From contig OZ024741.1 in the NCBI GenBank assembly GCA_964016885.1, forward strand, positions 100,874,001 through 100,938,000: a DNA stretch of 64,000 nucleotides. Reading direction: 5' to 3'. The stretch's first letter is position 1; every line of letters starts with the position of its first letter. The DNA is from Eledone cirrhosa. Taxonomy: Eukaryota. Of the stretch, positions 39,601 through 52,845 are shown one piece after another. The position numbers and the translations under genes are program-made. Under the pieces are notes generated by a model. That model searched no databases. It saw nothing but the letters and a program-made list of their open reading frames with translations, and was not told the DNA's origin.

Positions 39601-39991
39601 CTGTTGCAAGGCGATCTAAAGAAATACAAGGAGGTGGAAAAATACCTAGAAATAAATACGAAAATCCCCACCTGTCTTTCTACATCGGATTTTTCTATTG
39701 CTTGCATTCCAAATTACCATCGCACCTTGTTTACCCTACTCTCTCTTTTTCTTTCTTTCCCTCTTCTCTATCTTTTTCTCCCCATCTCTCTTTTTCTTTC
39801 TCTTCTTGTCTCTTTCTATCTTTCACACTCACACAAACAGCTTTCTCCAACGCCTCATCCTTCGATGGGAATTTACATGTATAAAAAAAGTTCAGGAGCA
39901 ATGCTCTGTGGTTTGGCTGCATTTAACTTGGTGTGTATTACACAACATTGCATTTTGCACAACGCCTTTTATATACACATAACCAATCGCT

Positions 39992-40026
<35 letters not shown>

Positions 40027-40424
40027 GACCTGTCTTACTCTCGCTTTATTTTTCTTCTTGAATATATCAACCTATTTTCTATCATCGCTGTAAACATCGT
40101 TCTTTTCTTCTCGGTGTTATTTTCGACGGTTAAAAGTTTATATAATATATATATGTATGTGTGTGTGTATATATATATATACACTACACACACAGAGTAA
40201 TACTTGGAACCAAACTAAGTCCAGTCGAAAATATTTTTAGAATATTTTGCAGGAATGTACCTCCCCGAGCGACTTGGTTTTATGTTTTTAATAATACATA
40301 CTTTTTAATGAAAATTTGCAGTGACATATTTCCAAAGGTGTAGACTACGTTAACAATTGGAATTTAAAAGGAAAACTATTTTATTTTATTTATATATTTA
40401 TTCCCCTCTCTCTGGATATATATA

Positions 40425-40456
<32 letters not shown>

Positions 40457-40621
40457 AAAGTCAAGGAAACACGAAACGAACGAACAAAAGGATGCAATAA
40501 CATGAAGTGTATTAGTTTCATGTTTGGAAGAACAAGAATGGGTTACATAGTCAACGTATCGGGCATTTTCTCTTATCAGGAATAACACAAAAGGAAAATT
40601 GCAAAGACAATAACGTTAAGG

Positions 40622-40706
<85 letters not shown>

Positions 40707-40904
40707 TGTTGTAGTTGTAGAAATTGCGCTCATGGGATAATCCTGACTATCAACTTCAAATTAGATGGTAAACTCCGAAATAATTCAGTAAATGAAAGCA
40801 CTCTCAAACGAAAGTATACAATAATGAAAATATTAAAAAAAATTAAATTCATGATTTTTCTTTCTAAGTGGCATCAACATAACCATAATTTACATAATTA
40901 AAAG

Positions 40905-42800
40905 CAGGTAGGGTGGAGCCACTAAACTGTAGTTATGTCTCTGCTTCAATCAGTCACAGCTGTCACCAACTGTTTCTCCGTGCAAACCTGCCATGTCATG
41001 CCCACGATCTTTTCTTAGCCAGTCTGACCGCTCTGAGGAAGAATGATGGAGGCCTCCGTCCCATCGCAGTGGGGGACATCATCAGACCACTTGCAGACAA
41101 GCTTGCAAGTCAGTCAAATATGACCTAAGCGAGGTGCTAAGCCCTGTCCAGCTTGCAGTGGGAGTAAAGTGTGGATATGAGGCAGCAACTGACATCTTCT
41201 TCGTCACCCCACTTCCTAGTGAAGCTGAATATGAGAAATGCTTTCAATAGCATTAGGCGAGATCACGTCTTAGAGACATGTCTCAGACGAGCGCCTACTA
41301 TATTCCCTCATGCTCAGCTCTCATACAGAACACCCAGCATCCTCATGGCCACTGACATCAAGGTCACTTCCACTACGGGTGTCTGGCAGTCTACAACGAT
41401 GACCACTCTGCCCAATTACCCTTCAATGTTTGGTACCTCGACAACGTGACCCTGGGTGGCTTGGCTGTGTCGGTAGTTGAGGAACGTTGGCCTCATCCTA
41501 GCTCTAAAGCTCCTTGGACTTGAGATCAACACATTCAAGTCCAAGGGGATAAACGTTAGCTATGGTGAGGCCGAATTTCACGACATCATACTCTGCATTC
41601 ATCCCATCTTGGATAACACCCAAAGACATTGACTACATTCTTGGCTCTCCAATTCACTCAAAAGTCATACAAGAGTGCCTGGAGACCAAGCACGCAGACT
41701 TGTTGACGATGAAGGAAAGGTTGCACCTCATTGACATGCATCCAGCTCTCTTCTTCCTGAGGAATTGCTTCGCCTTTCCTAAATTTTTGTTCACACTGTG
41801 TAGTGTGCCTTGTAACCCTCTCACAGATTGCCTCAGAGAACTTGATGTCACCATCCAGCACTGTGCAGAACTCATTAGCAATGTCAGTTTCGACAGCACT
41901 GGCTGGCAATAGGCTTCTGTTACACATCAGATCTGGCACTGCAGGCCTACCTCTCTTCACTCTCCTCTAGTCACACCCTCATTAGCGAGATCCTCAGTAA
42001 GATGGCAGAACAAGATATGACACAAGGACTGGAGCAGGCTCTGGCTCACTGCACCAATGAAGGTCTCTCTGTCCCCCAGTATACAAATGTCCAATGTAAT
42101 TGGGATGGGATGACATCAAGTGCAAGTCTACCTTCAGATGGACCACGTCTGGCTTGCACCAACACTACCCCCAATCCACCTTGCAGCCAAACAGCCGTGC
42201 GTGACTCAATTCAGTACCCTCTTCATCAACCGGTACCTTTCTTGATGACAAGTGCACTCACATCAAAGTAGCCCAATGCTTCAGCCTCCATGTGTGTGAG
42301 TGACATAAATGCTGTTGTGGAACTGTTGTCGATGAGTTCAGCCTGCACCCATTATCATGCCACCAGAGCACAGAGTGGGTCCCCTGACATGCCACTCTCA
42401 ACAACAATGAAAAGGAGTCACAACTGGAGCCAGTAGGTCTCGATTGTGACGACGGTAAGTGCCTTGTCAGAATTACCCCCTTTCCATTTGAAGATGGTAC
42501 CCCCATCTGGGATGCGACATACTGTGACATGGTCTCTGTCTCCAACTTAATCACCTTGGCCACAAACCCCAGTACCGCAGCTCGCAATACAGAGGACAGG
42601 CAGACAAGCAGCAAATACTGGAGATTGTCTAGCCACATCCTCTTTGCACTGGTTACTGTTGAGAGCTCGGGCGTCCTTGGACCCTGGACAGTTGACCTCC
42701 TCTGTAAAATCGGATAGATAGCAACCCATCTGAGGAAGGACCCCCGCCAGGAGGGGTGTCTCTTGCAGCATGTGTTGCTGGCCATTGTCCATCATAGTGT
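40905..42800 (+). mobile_element. Decayed CRE-clade non-LTR retrotransposon (RT + zinc knuckle + RLE)
   Basis: Frameshifted pieces: LTALRKNDGGLRPIAVG, QLAVG, VKLNMRNAFNSIRRD, WYLDNVTLGG, ILGSPI, C.CG..VD....HPLSC, LEPVGL...IWDAT..D, KY..L...VESSGVLGP. Confidence 0.8.
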
Positions 42801-43554
42801 TTTTAAGTATAATGGGTTAGTGGCTAAAGTACTATAGTTCTTGCTTCTTAGGTAGCATTGTATTCTTAAGCAAGACTCTTAACTCTTCTCTAAAAATCAA
42901 TGGTAATTTGTGCTAAGACTTCATTTACCTTTCCATAAATGTATACATGTGCAACACACACACTAATATACGTACATACATACATATATTCATTAAAAAA
43001 CAACAGCAAGCCGGACTGAAATTTTTCTTTAGAATTTTAATCCCGCAAAAACACTATACATATTTCAATCAGGTGTTGATTGCAGAATTAGTTATATAAG
43101 ACAACAGGGCTACAGCAAACACAGAGAATAGAAAATAGAGGATAGATATGGTTTGGGGATGTCTTACCAATTCGGTGCTATATATATCATCATCATCATC
43201 ACTGTTTAACGTCCATTTTTCCATACTAGCATGGGTTAGACGAGTTGTCCTGTTACAAGAAATACCAGGTCAGGTGACCATGTCTTGCTCATACAGAACT
43301 GATTTTGGTTTGGTTTCTACAGCTGAATGCCCTTCCTAACACCAACCACATTTACAGTAAGTGCTGAGTGCTTTTTATGGTAACACCTACATGACCACTT
43401 TACAGTGTGGACTGGATGTTTTTTGTTGTGACACCTACACGACCACTTTCTCTTAATTTTGAGTTTATTTTTGACCAACTATCTTATCTGTACTAAGTTG
43501 TAAAATAAAGGAAATTTTCATGGTCCCTTGTGTAATTGTTCACTTTTTTAATTA

Positions 43555-43900
43555 TAAGAATGTTTTACAGATTTTTAAACATTCCAGATATCGTGGCAAC
43601 CATTTGTAACTTATGAACTAAGGAGTTGTGTTCTTTCTCCATAAATCCAAGTTCAGTCATATTTTAGTCCAGGCAGGTTGGTACATATCCTGTAACTCTA
43701 AATAAAAGGTATGAAACTGAACATGTATCTTGTGTACTGGATCTGCAAACTCATCAACAATCCATAAATATCCTCCTGCACTTTTTGTGTCAGACTTTAT
43801 TTCATATTTCTCCTCTAGTTCAGTGTTTATCCTAACAATGTTATTTTCATGCTTATAAACTTGGTCAAGATGGTTACTGACCCTTTTCTTTTGTTATAGA
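43555..43900 (-). mobile_element. Older decayed copy of the RLE (R4/Dong-like) family seen at 14774
   Basis: Reverse complement gatccagtacacaagatacatgttcagtttcatacc...atgactgaacttggatt...gttacaaatgg...aaaacattctt aligns by eye with 14790-14985. Confidence 0.7.
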
Positions 43901-44149
43901 TGTTGCTTTAGTGTTCCTATCCGAGTCTTGTACGATATTAATATGGATTTTAGGTCCCAGCTACCCTCCTTAGTTGGGATATGTAGCATATCCACATCAC
44001 CATTACGTTTCCAGTAATACTGAGCAGCTTGCATGTCTTTACATCTTGTTCAGTTCTTACAATGACCAGTTCAGCAGGCTAAATGTTGGCAGTTTTCATC
44101 ATCCATTGACCAATACTCGAACTTACAGTTCGAGAACAAATTTTAACTC

Positions 44150-45350
44150 TTATTTGTTTTGAAGAGAGTGGTGAATTAGCCACCCTAATTATGGAGACAT
44201 TCAAACATACTGAGATACCTATTTAAAATAATTGTGGACAGGGACATGATAATGCAACTCAACATGAATCCAACAGTGTATGCTTATCAATTCACTGTGC
44301 ATTTATTCTCCATATCTCTCTTTGCTAAATTTATATGGAGTAGATTCTGCAGTAAGTAGTACATTTTTTTGAGTAATGCAAAGTTTACAATTATTCGTCT
44401 AGTCCTTGGTGATACGTTGTTCTTAATGCGTATGTGGGCAAATTCGTCAGCACTTTACCAGGTACTTATAGGGTAGACAATGTGGCATATGTGAAATAAT
44501 TTAGAGCTTCTGTCTCTCAACCTCACACCAAAATCCATTAATGAAGTCAATGATGTAATAATGTCATCCTTCATTTGCATCTTTATTTCATGAATGTGAC
44601 TCATGATACTCGTACATATCAACGGGAGAAATCAGATCCTTCATGTAAGAGATGCTACAGTGAATATAAAATTCACTGTTGGATATAGATATGCTCATGA
44701 TCAGTCTTGAAGATCCAAGTGGGAAATGGTCACTGAATTTAAATGAAAAGAAACTTGCTGCTAAGAAAATCGAAATTGAGCCCCATTCCTCATCCAAAAA
44801 AAAAAAATGAAAAAAAAAAATGAACAAGACATCAAAGACAATGATGGACCAAAGGAAAACGTTCGGAAAAATCCTTGTAATGACTCTAATGAGCTTGAAA
44901 CTGAATTGAAATGGTATGTTCTTTGTTGTCATTGATTTAGTGATTGTTGTAGTGTCACAATGGTTAGATGCTACAAACAATAGATTGTTCAGAGTTATCT
45001 AGCAATATTGAAGCACAACAGAAGAGGAATCCAACCTTGTATGTGCAGGATTATTGGACAAATACCCAGACGATCTTTTAGAATACATGAAAAATAGAAA
45101 TGGAGAATCTTAAGACAATATACGTCTTTGGTAAAGATATGGGGTCACAATATTTTTTAGATACAATAAAAATGTATAAGTTAGATTATATTTCTCCAGT
45201 TGTATGTATTATATGGTGAATATTCTTCACATAGTCAGTTATGGTAGCATCGGTAAAGAGATCTTCTAGCAAACTAAAATGCATCAAGGGCTTCTTGGAG
45301 AGAATAATTTGGGTGTCTTGAGTTCTGAAAGTGAATTTGAGGGAAGAAAT
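44150..45350 (+). mobile_element. Highly decayed hAT-type transposase remnant
   Basis: Fragments CGQGHDNA (cf. RGQGYDNA) at about 44233 and VASVKRSSSKLKCIK (cf. hAT dimerisation VASAERSFSKLKLIK) at about 45244. Confidence 0.6.
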
Positions 45351-45367
45351 GACTTCAGTGAACTAAT

Positions 45368-45800
45368 GATTTCTACATAGGCACAAGGCTAGAATGTGTT
45401 TCTTTTTTTTTTTTTTTTTTAGAGGAGGTGGGAGTTGACTCTGCTGGCACCTGTACTTGACTGGTACTTTATGTTATTGACTTCGGAAAGGTGAAAGCCA
45501 AAGTTAACCTTGGCGGAATTTGAACACAGAATGTAAAGAGTTGGAACAAAATACTACAATGCATTTCATCCAATGCAGTAATGATTCTGCTAATCCATCA
45601 CCCTACTTTAGTGAACTAATAATTGTTTCTACTTTTTGGCACAAGGCCAGCAATTACCCAGTACATTGCTGGTACTTTATTTTATCGACCCCGTAAGGAT
45701 GAAAGGCAAAGTTAACCTCGGCGGGATTTGAACTCAGAATGGCAAGGGCCGTAACTCTATGCGTCAAAGCATGGTGTCCGACTCTCTACCAATACTGCCC
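45368..45800 (-). mobile_element. Two tandem family-A SINEs sharing a triplicated target site
   Basis: agtgaactaat occurs at 45357, 45610 and 45803, bracketing SINEs at 45368-45604 and 45624-45800. Confidence 0.8.
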
Positions 45801-46776
45801 TTAGTGAACTAATAATAACAAAATATTTGCTTTAAAAAGGACATGTATATCTTATTTCGTTTTTTTATGAAAACATCAATTCTGTATTACTGCATGGAGC
45901 TGGGGGCCTTGCCAGAAGTATAAGGGTCAGTGACATCATAGGGATGGAGGGCCTTGCCTGAAGCAGAAGAGCAAGTGATGTCACATAAGCAGAAGTAGGA
46001 CCTTGCATTTTTGGACTATCTGCTACTGACCATCGAACATAGCGTGAAAATCCTCGTCTTCTATGGTATGTGCTGCACACTTTCCTTCAGGGCTCTCCCA
46101 ACTCTTCTGTTGCACACTTCCAGTGCATGATGACCCTGCACTACCAAACGTTATCCCATCCTCTCTAACTGGTCAATTGAAACCATGCCCATCAGCACAT
46201 CAACTCCATCCACCATATGGTTGATCACAATTGCTTACAGCCTTATTCTCATTCTCTCACACCACCACTTCACTGCTTCCTCTACGACTAATCTCTCTAC
46301 CATCAACTCCCCTTACATTACACATTCCATGTCAATACATTATTCAAATATACAATTATTTACATTTTATCTATTCTTAAAATAACACGTCTTCATTATT
46401 GAAGATATTTGTTAACTGAAAGTTTCATGAAGTAAATCGATGTTCTTTAAACTATAATTTAGAACCATAAATTCAGGGAGCATGGCCCCCTTAGGCATCT
46501 ACCAGGGGGCCTGAATCTATGGTGTACCTATTCTAAACTGGATATACACAGTCAATACATACATATATATATACACATGTATATATATATATACACACAT
46601 ACACACACACACTAGTCTAAAGTCTGTCTCAAGCCAGAAGGCTGTTGCTGGTACTCATTTTCAGTTGAGTATACTGGAGCAACGTGAAATGAAGTGTTTT
46701 GCTCAAGAACACAACACGCAACCCAGCCCAGGAATTGAACATTGTGATCGTAAGTCTAACAACCTTACCACTAGGC

Positions 46777-46807
<31 letters not shown>

Positions 46808-46892
46808 GGATATATTGATTGAGGAACAGCTAGTACTTTGTACATATATAGAGAATAAATAATATGTAAACTTAAATACATACTAAATTTAG

Positions 46893-47208
46893 TATCTTGG
46901 GCAACTGTCTTATCCATTAGCCTCAGATTGACCTTGTGAGTGAAATTTAGTAGGTGAAAATTGTGTGGAAGCCCATTGTATATGTGTGGGGGAGCAGGTG
47001 TGTGTTCATGCCTGTGTCTACGTTTAATGTTTGTATATGTCCCATAACTTAGCAGTTCAACAAATAAGAGATTGATAAAATAAGTACCAGACTTGAAAAA
47101 TAATAAGTATTGTGATTGATATGATCAACTAAATCCCCTCAATGTGGTGCTCCAGCATGGTCGCAGACCAGTTTAATGTGTGAAACCAGTAAAAGAATAA
47201 ATGAAATA
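46893..47208 (+). mobile_element. SINE, family C, with a CR1-like 3' tail
   Basis: cttgggcaactgtctt...gaccttgtgagtg...gtggtgctccagcatggtcgcag...gaaaccagtaaaagaataaatgaaata; the tail resembles the CR1 3' end at 33560-33617. Confidence 0.6.
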
Positions 47209-48376
47209 GTACAGCTGGCTGAGTTAAAACAATGGTACCACTGCATTCCTCTGCACTTAGCTAGCAATAGGAATGGCATGCAGCTACAAAAGAATGTGAA
47301 TTTACAAGTTTGTGAAGTCTGTCCTTGTCTTGTATTAAAATGGTAAAAACAGATGTATATAGCTATTCTTACTTTAGCAATAAGATGGAGATCATAGCAT
47401 AGTTTACACTTGTTATATTTGAGAACAGCATTAAATAATTGAATGAACAAGGAAACCTCTATATATTTGCTTGACATGCTAGAAATTGCAACCAAATTCT
47501 TTAAAAAATGGTTAGCCAATCTAGATCCTAGTTATTGTATATATTTAAAATAAAAGGCTGGAATTGTCAATCCTGGAATGACTTTGACCATAACCCATTA
47601 ACATTTACATTACTCTATATATACTACTATATTTTCATAATTATCTCACGTAATATCGAATCTATGAGATTTTGATATTATTTATTTTGAGAACATTCAT
47701 TTTGAGAATACCTTAATATCAGTATGAGTGGCCAGTTACAGCTGGTTTGAACAGAAAGGGGTGAGAGAATATTAGCTGGATATGGCCGGTTTAAATGCTA
47801 AAGAGTTAAGCCTTTTCAAACAGGATAGGCTTGGGGTTAAACAACAATAACAGCAAATATGGTAGATTTTCTAAAAAGCTGTATTCTTTATTCTCATCAC
47901 TAAAAAAACCTGGTTGTTATAGATAAGAGTTAAAACATAATCTGCTTCTTATAGTAGAAAATAGGCTCCTTGTCATTGAGGAAGTGTGAAATATGATACA
48001 GAGGCTCACATAAGTGTTATACAGTGTCATAGAGATAGGGCTAGAGACCTATACAACTGAGATAATTATCATTACCATAATCATCATCACTATCATCATT
48101 AACCTCAGCGTTGCTGTCATCATCATCATCATCACCAAACACAATTTCATCTGCATCAACTTTATCCTCTACCTCAATATTGTTATCATAAAAATATGAT
48201 GGTTTTGATGCAGAGGGTGAGGATTGTTATCATAAAAATCCTCATCCTCTGCATCAAAATGATCACCAACATCATCATCCTTATTGTCTGTATAGAGTCC
48301 GTATTTCCATGTAGGCATTGATTTATACAAAACTGCCATCTTTCCAGCAATCATGAGTCATCACCTGAACTTAGAT

Positions 48377-49496
48377 CAGTGATTCTCAAGGTGGTGTGTT
48401 GGTGGGGTTAAGAATATTTTAGTGAATTATGAGAATACTTTAAGAAATAATTAAAAAGTTAGTTTGAAAAAATATATACTTGTTATGTTGGTGTGAAAGA
48501 TGTGATTTGACAACACTGTCAGTGTAACACAATTATGGTATCTTTCAGTTCAGTTTTTTTCTGGTAACATGTGTTTTTGTTCTAAATATAGGATTAGCAG
48601 ATTTGTACAATGTCCATTCATCATCATCATCATTTTACGTTCACTTTTCCTTGCTTGCAAGGGTGGGATGGGTCCTTTTCAGCACAGCATCTCTCCATTC
48701 ATCATCTCCTCTGTCAATTGCAATCCATCTTCTTCTTCAAAGATTTGTTTCACACTTGTTATTCAAAATGTGCAGATGAAGCAAGTAAAACGTTCATCAA
48801 TATACTTGTAAAATATCTTCTTCTTCCACTTCTGCATGAGTGGGTTATGGAGGCAGAGTCCTAAGACATGTCTTCCAGGGAATCCTATCAGAAACAACAA
48901 TCTCCAATTCATCCAGCTGGATCCCCAAGCAAAACAACTAGGGTCATGAATGTTATTCAACCATCTTGCTCATGGTTTACCTCTGAGTCTCCTGCTGGTT
49001 GGCTTTATTTATAAAATCTGACCGCAATTCTTTTTCAGACATTCTTACCACATGCCCATAGTACAATAGTATTGTGGAGAAACAGCGGCACTTCCTGGAG
49101 CGACTCCCTGGTCTTTGAACCACACACCCTATGAAGTAATGTTACTCGAAAAACACTTTAGAGGAACCCCATGTTGGTCACATATATACACAATCATATT
49201 CTTTCAGTCATTACCCAAAATTCATGGCCATAGATAAGGGTAGGCATGAACACTGAATTAAAAATAGCAAGTTTGTCTTTTACACTTACCTCACTTTTTC
49301 TGATAATCAACTACTGAAGCTGGTGCATTATCACACCGGCTCCAGTAATTCTTGCATTTAATTCTGCCCCCTGTATTCCATCACTCATGAAAATAATGTA
49401 ATTAAAACCTTTTATAATTGTAATCTTTTTCTGCTAATAGTACTTTTTTTTGCAAACTAAGTGTGTCCTAAGGCAAAACATGTTTGAGAACTACTG
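48377..49496. mobile_element. hAT-like MITE interrupted by an RTE fragment
   Basis: TIRs cagtgattctcaa / ttgagaactactg; degenerate 8-bp TSD acttagat / tcatagat. Confidence 0.55.
48620..49390 (-). mobile_element. RTE-clade LINE 3' fragment with (GAT)n tail
   Basis: Minus strand KDKLAIFNSVFMPTLIYGHEFWVMTE and RRLRGKP*ARW-like motifs; (gat)n tail at about 48620. Confidence 0.6.
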
Positions 49497-50689
49497 TCAT
49501 AGATGTGCACAAACTTTTCCGTTTTGAACTATCTACCTCATCTGAGGTATTCTCTGAAATACTTTCCCCCCTAGTATGCATAGTATCAACACCATCCACA
49601 AAATACACCAAGTAACATATTTGATATCCAGTTGAAGTTAAGCGACCACTTCTCATTCAATATATTTTATTTTTAACATCACTACTATGGCCAGATGCCC
49701 TTCCTTATGCAAATCATTTTATATATATATTATATAGTGGCACCAGCACTACACACATATATAACATCGAAAGCTTGGCACACCCACAATATGTTAGACA
49801 CCACCCCTAGGACCCAGTGCCTCCTTTCCCACAGTGAGTTGCCAAACCTCCACAACTACCCCAACATTTAGACCCAAAAGGAAAGTCAGGTACATCCCAC
49901 AATATGTGCGACACCTTCCACTTGCTTTAAGATCAACTCCATGACTTCTCACATCTTGCAAAGTGTGATGTCTGTGTACCTTCCTCCTTGGCAAGTACCA
50001 CATAGCATGAAAGTCTCTCATTTATATATCCAACCTTCTTCAATGCCTCCTCAGCCAGACCAACGACATTGAGTACCCTAGTATTATAATGAAATTGTGC
50101 GGGTGCCACACTGAAAAGCATCCAGGTCACCCTATAAAGTGGTAGTGCTGGAGTCATGTTAAAATGCTCTTAGTATACATTGAAATAGATAGCGAAGTTG
50201 GCAGAGTTGTTAGAACACTGGATAAAATGCTTTGCAGTTTTTGTTTAAGCTCTTTGCTCTCTGAGTTCATCTTGTTGAGGTTAACTTTGCCTTTCATCCA
50301 TTCAAGGTCAATAAAAAAAAGTACCAGTCTGGGGTCAATTCTGCCTCTATATCTCTTTCTCATTCTCTATCTTTGTCTGGAAGAAATCTGCTGTAATCAG
50401 TCCTGGATAGATGGGCTTTGTTAGGTTATAAAATAATGCCCTAAAAACGCTGTATGTTAATATGGTGCCCATACGACTCCCTCAGGGATCCATACATACA
50501 TACATTGTAAAGTGATTAGCATCCAGCCATAGAAACTATGCTCTTAGTACACACTGTAAAGTGGTTAGCATAAGAGAGGACATCCAGCCATAGAAACCAA
50601 GTCAAAATGAAGTGTACAAGTCACCTGACCAGTCTGGTCTCTACATGCGACAACCCTTCTAACCCATGCAACCATGGAAAATAGATATG

Positions 50690-50892
50690 GGTGAAGAAGT
50701 ACCAGGAAATGCCAGTGGAAGGAAGTCGCAGTAGAGGTAGACCCAAAAAAATCTGGGAAGAGGTTGTGAGAGCTGACCTCAAATCACTGAGACAATGACA
50801 AAGGATCGCGCATGTGGAGAGATACCATGCTGAGAAGGACGCATCCAACCTATGCAAGCGTGGAAAAGTGGACATAAAAACCATGATGATAT
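50690..50892 (+). mobile_element. RTE LINE extreme 3' fragment
   Basis: VKKYQEMPVEGSRSRGRPKKIWEEVVRADLK, followed by gcaagcgtggaaaagtggacataaaa...atgatgat. Confidence 0.7.
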
Positions 50893-51798
50893 CAGCTGCT
50901 GCTATTAGGATTGAATTTGCAATCATATGGTAAAAATCGCATGATTGACAAAAATATAGATACTGTGAGGCAATAGACAATTATTACTAAACTGTATCAA
51001 TCAATTTATCTAAAAATAATAAAAACTGTATTTTATGACAATAAAAAATGTTGATTAAACTCTCAAAATCCTGTAAATAATTTAGAAAATATTTAAAAGA
51101 TTAGTTTGTTAATTCAAATGTTCATAGTTTCTAAAAATTTGCAACAAACTAAAGTAAGGACTTTGATTTTTAATGTGATGCAGCCATGGAACTGTTTGGG
51201 ACTTTTCAAGAGTGTCTTGTTAATGCAGTTTCATGTGATACAGGACATTAAGAGTTAAATGTATTTTATTCACATTGGTACCTTTAGTGAGGTTCATTCT
51301 GTTACAAACATTCAGCTTAGATTTTTAGCTTCATATTTTGCTGTACATATTCAAGTTGAGCCTCACCAACCTTCGAGGCTCTGCAAAATATGGGCACTGC
51401 TTCTTTACTCAACGTATTTAAAAATAATAGTTTCTTATTTTGGTACAAAGCCAATAAATTAAAGAGGAACAGATTATATCAACACCAGTACTTGACTGGT
51501 ACTTTATTTTAGTGACTCTGGAAGGATGAAAGGCAAAGTTGACCTCAGCGGGATTTGAAACCAGATAGTAGAGGGCCGTAATGAAATACTGCAGTGCATT
51601 TCATTTGACGCACTAGAGATTCTGCCAATACACCACCCTAAATATATTTAGATATAATAATAAATTCATTACAAAATCCAATATTGTTTTCAGAATATTG
51701 ATTTTTGACTATAGTATTTGTCCTGGTCAAACTGGCTAGAAGACTTTCATTGTATGAGTGTAACCATAAACAGGAATAATCAAAGTCCTAGACTTTAA

Positions 51799-52426
51799 CC
51801 TTTTCATTACCATATTTCTAATGGAATTCACTGTATTTCAATTAATTAATGAAGAAATTGGAGGAATTTTCCAAAATCATTATTTCATGGAAATGGTTTT
51901 GGAAGCACGTAAATAAAAGATTTTTTTTATATATAATTAGGCTGGAAGATTCTAAATTTAAAATGGGTGGTTTTGTTTCATAGAACCAGGGGCAGGTTTC
52001 CTATTTAAACGAAAATCTTCCAATTTAATTTAAGATAAGAACTATATGCAAAATTACAAACTTAGAAATAAAATAATATATTCGGGAGTTCTATATCAAA
52101 TGATATTTGATTTTTTCGCGAGCAGTAAATAATCTCATTACTCTGTGTTTTAGTTGACAATTATCATCCTTTTGTTCTTGTGGTGGCACAGAGAAACAAT
52201 CGGTCAAGATTGTGTATCTCTTTCTGTCTCTCACTAGAACTCTTGAGAATATATACTATTCTCTAATGTATACATTGGTTGATTAGCCTTATTTGCATAC
52301 TGAGTGATTTTATAGCTGAAAATTAAAAACCAAATTAGAATTTGGTTTTTAATAAAATAATAGTTTTAGTAAATCCCTGAAAATTCTTCATGAACTGATT
52401 TCATTGGAAATATGGTAATGAAAAGG
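51799..52426. mobile_element. piggyBac-like MITE
   Basis: TTAA at both ends (51795-51798, 52427-52430); TIR ccttttcattaccatattt(c)taatg / cattggaaatatggtaatgaaaagg. Confidence 0.8.
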
Positions 52427-52845
52427 TTAATTACTATTCACATATTGGATGCTTTATAAGAATAGTAAATTGACACCGGTACTTGATTAGTGTTTTATTT
52501 TATCGACCCCTGGTAGGATGAAAGGCAAGGTTGACCTTGGTGGGATTTAAACCATGACTGTAAAGGGCCGTAACTATACACCATAAACATAATGTCTGAC
52601 ACTAACAATTTAACCAATCCATTAACAAAGGTTTTCTGTTGTGGGATTTATTTTACACTATTCTTTGTTCTGAATACTTCCACAACCTAAAGCTTCCATT
52701 TGCCATAATCAAACACAAAGCAAAGATTCTTCAAAACAATATCAGATGAAGTGCTCATGTTGGACTTTCACCTGTAAGAAAAGAGTATTCATTATCATAG
52801 CAGCAAATTGGCAGAATCATTAGCACATGGGACAAATTACTTCAC

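Noticed and set aside
39604-40200. 198-aa ORF
   Set aside because: Runs through CT-rich low-complexity sequence; no domain or splice support.
40742-40790. CTGACTA...CCGAAA hammerhead-like motif
   Set aside because: Core altered and stem II does not pair.
45880-46330. Possible LTR-retrotransposon fragment (IEDEDFHAMFDG)
   Set aside because: Too short and degenerate to assign without a search.
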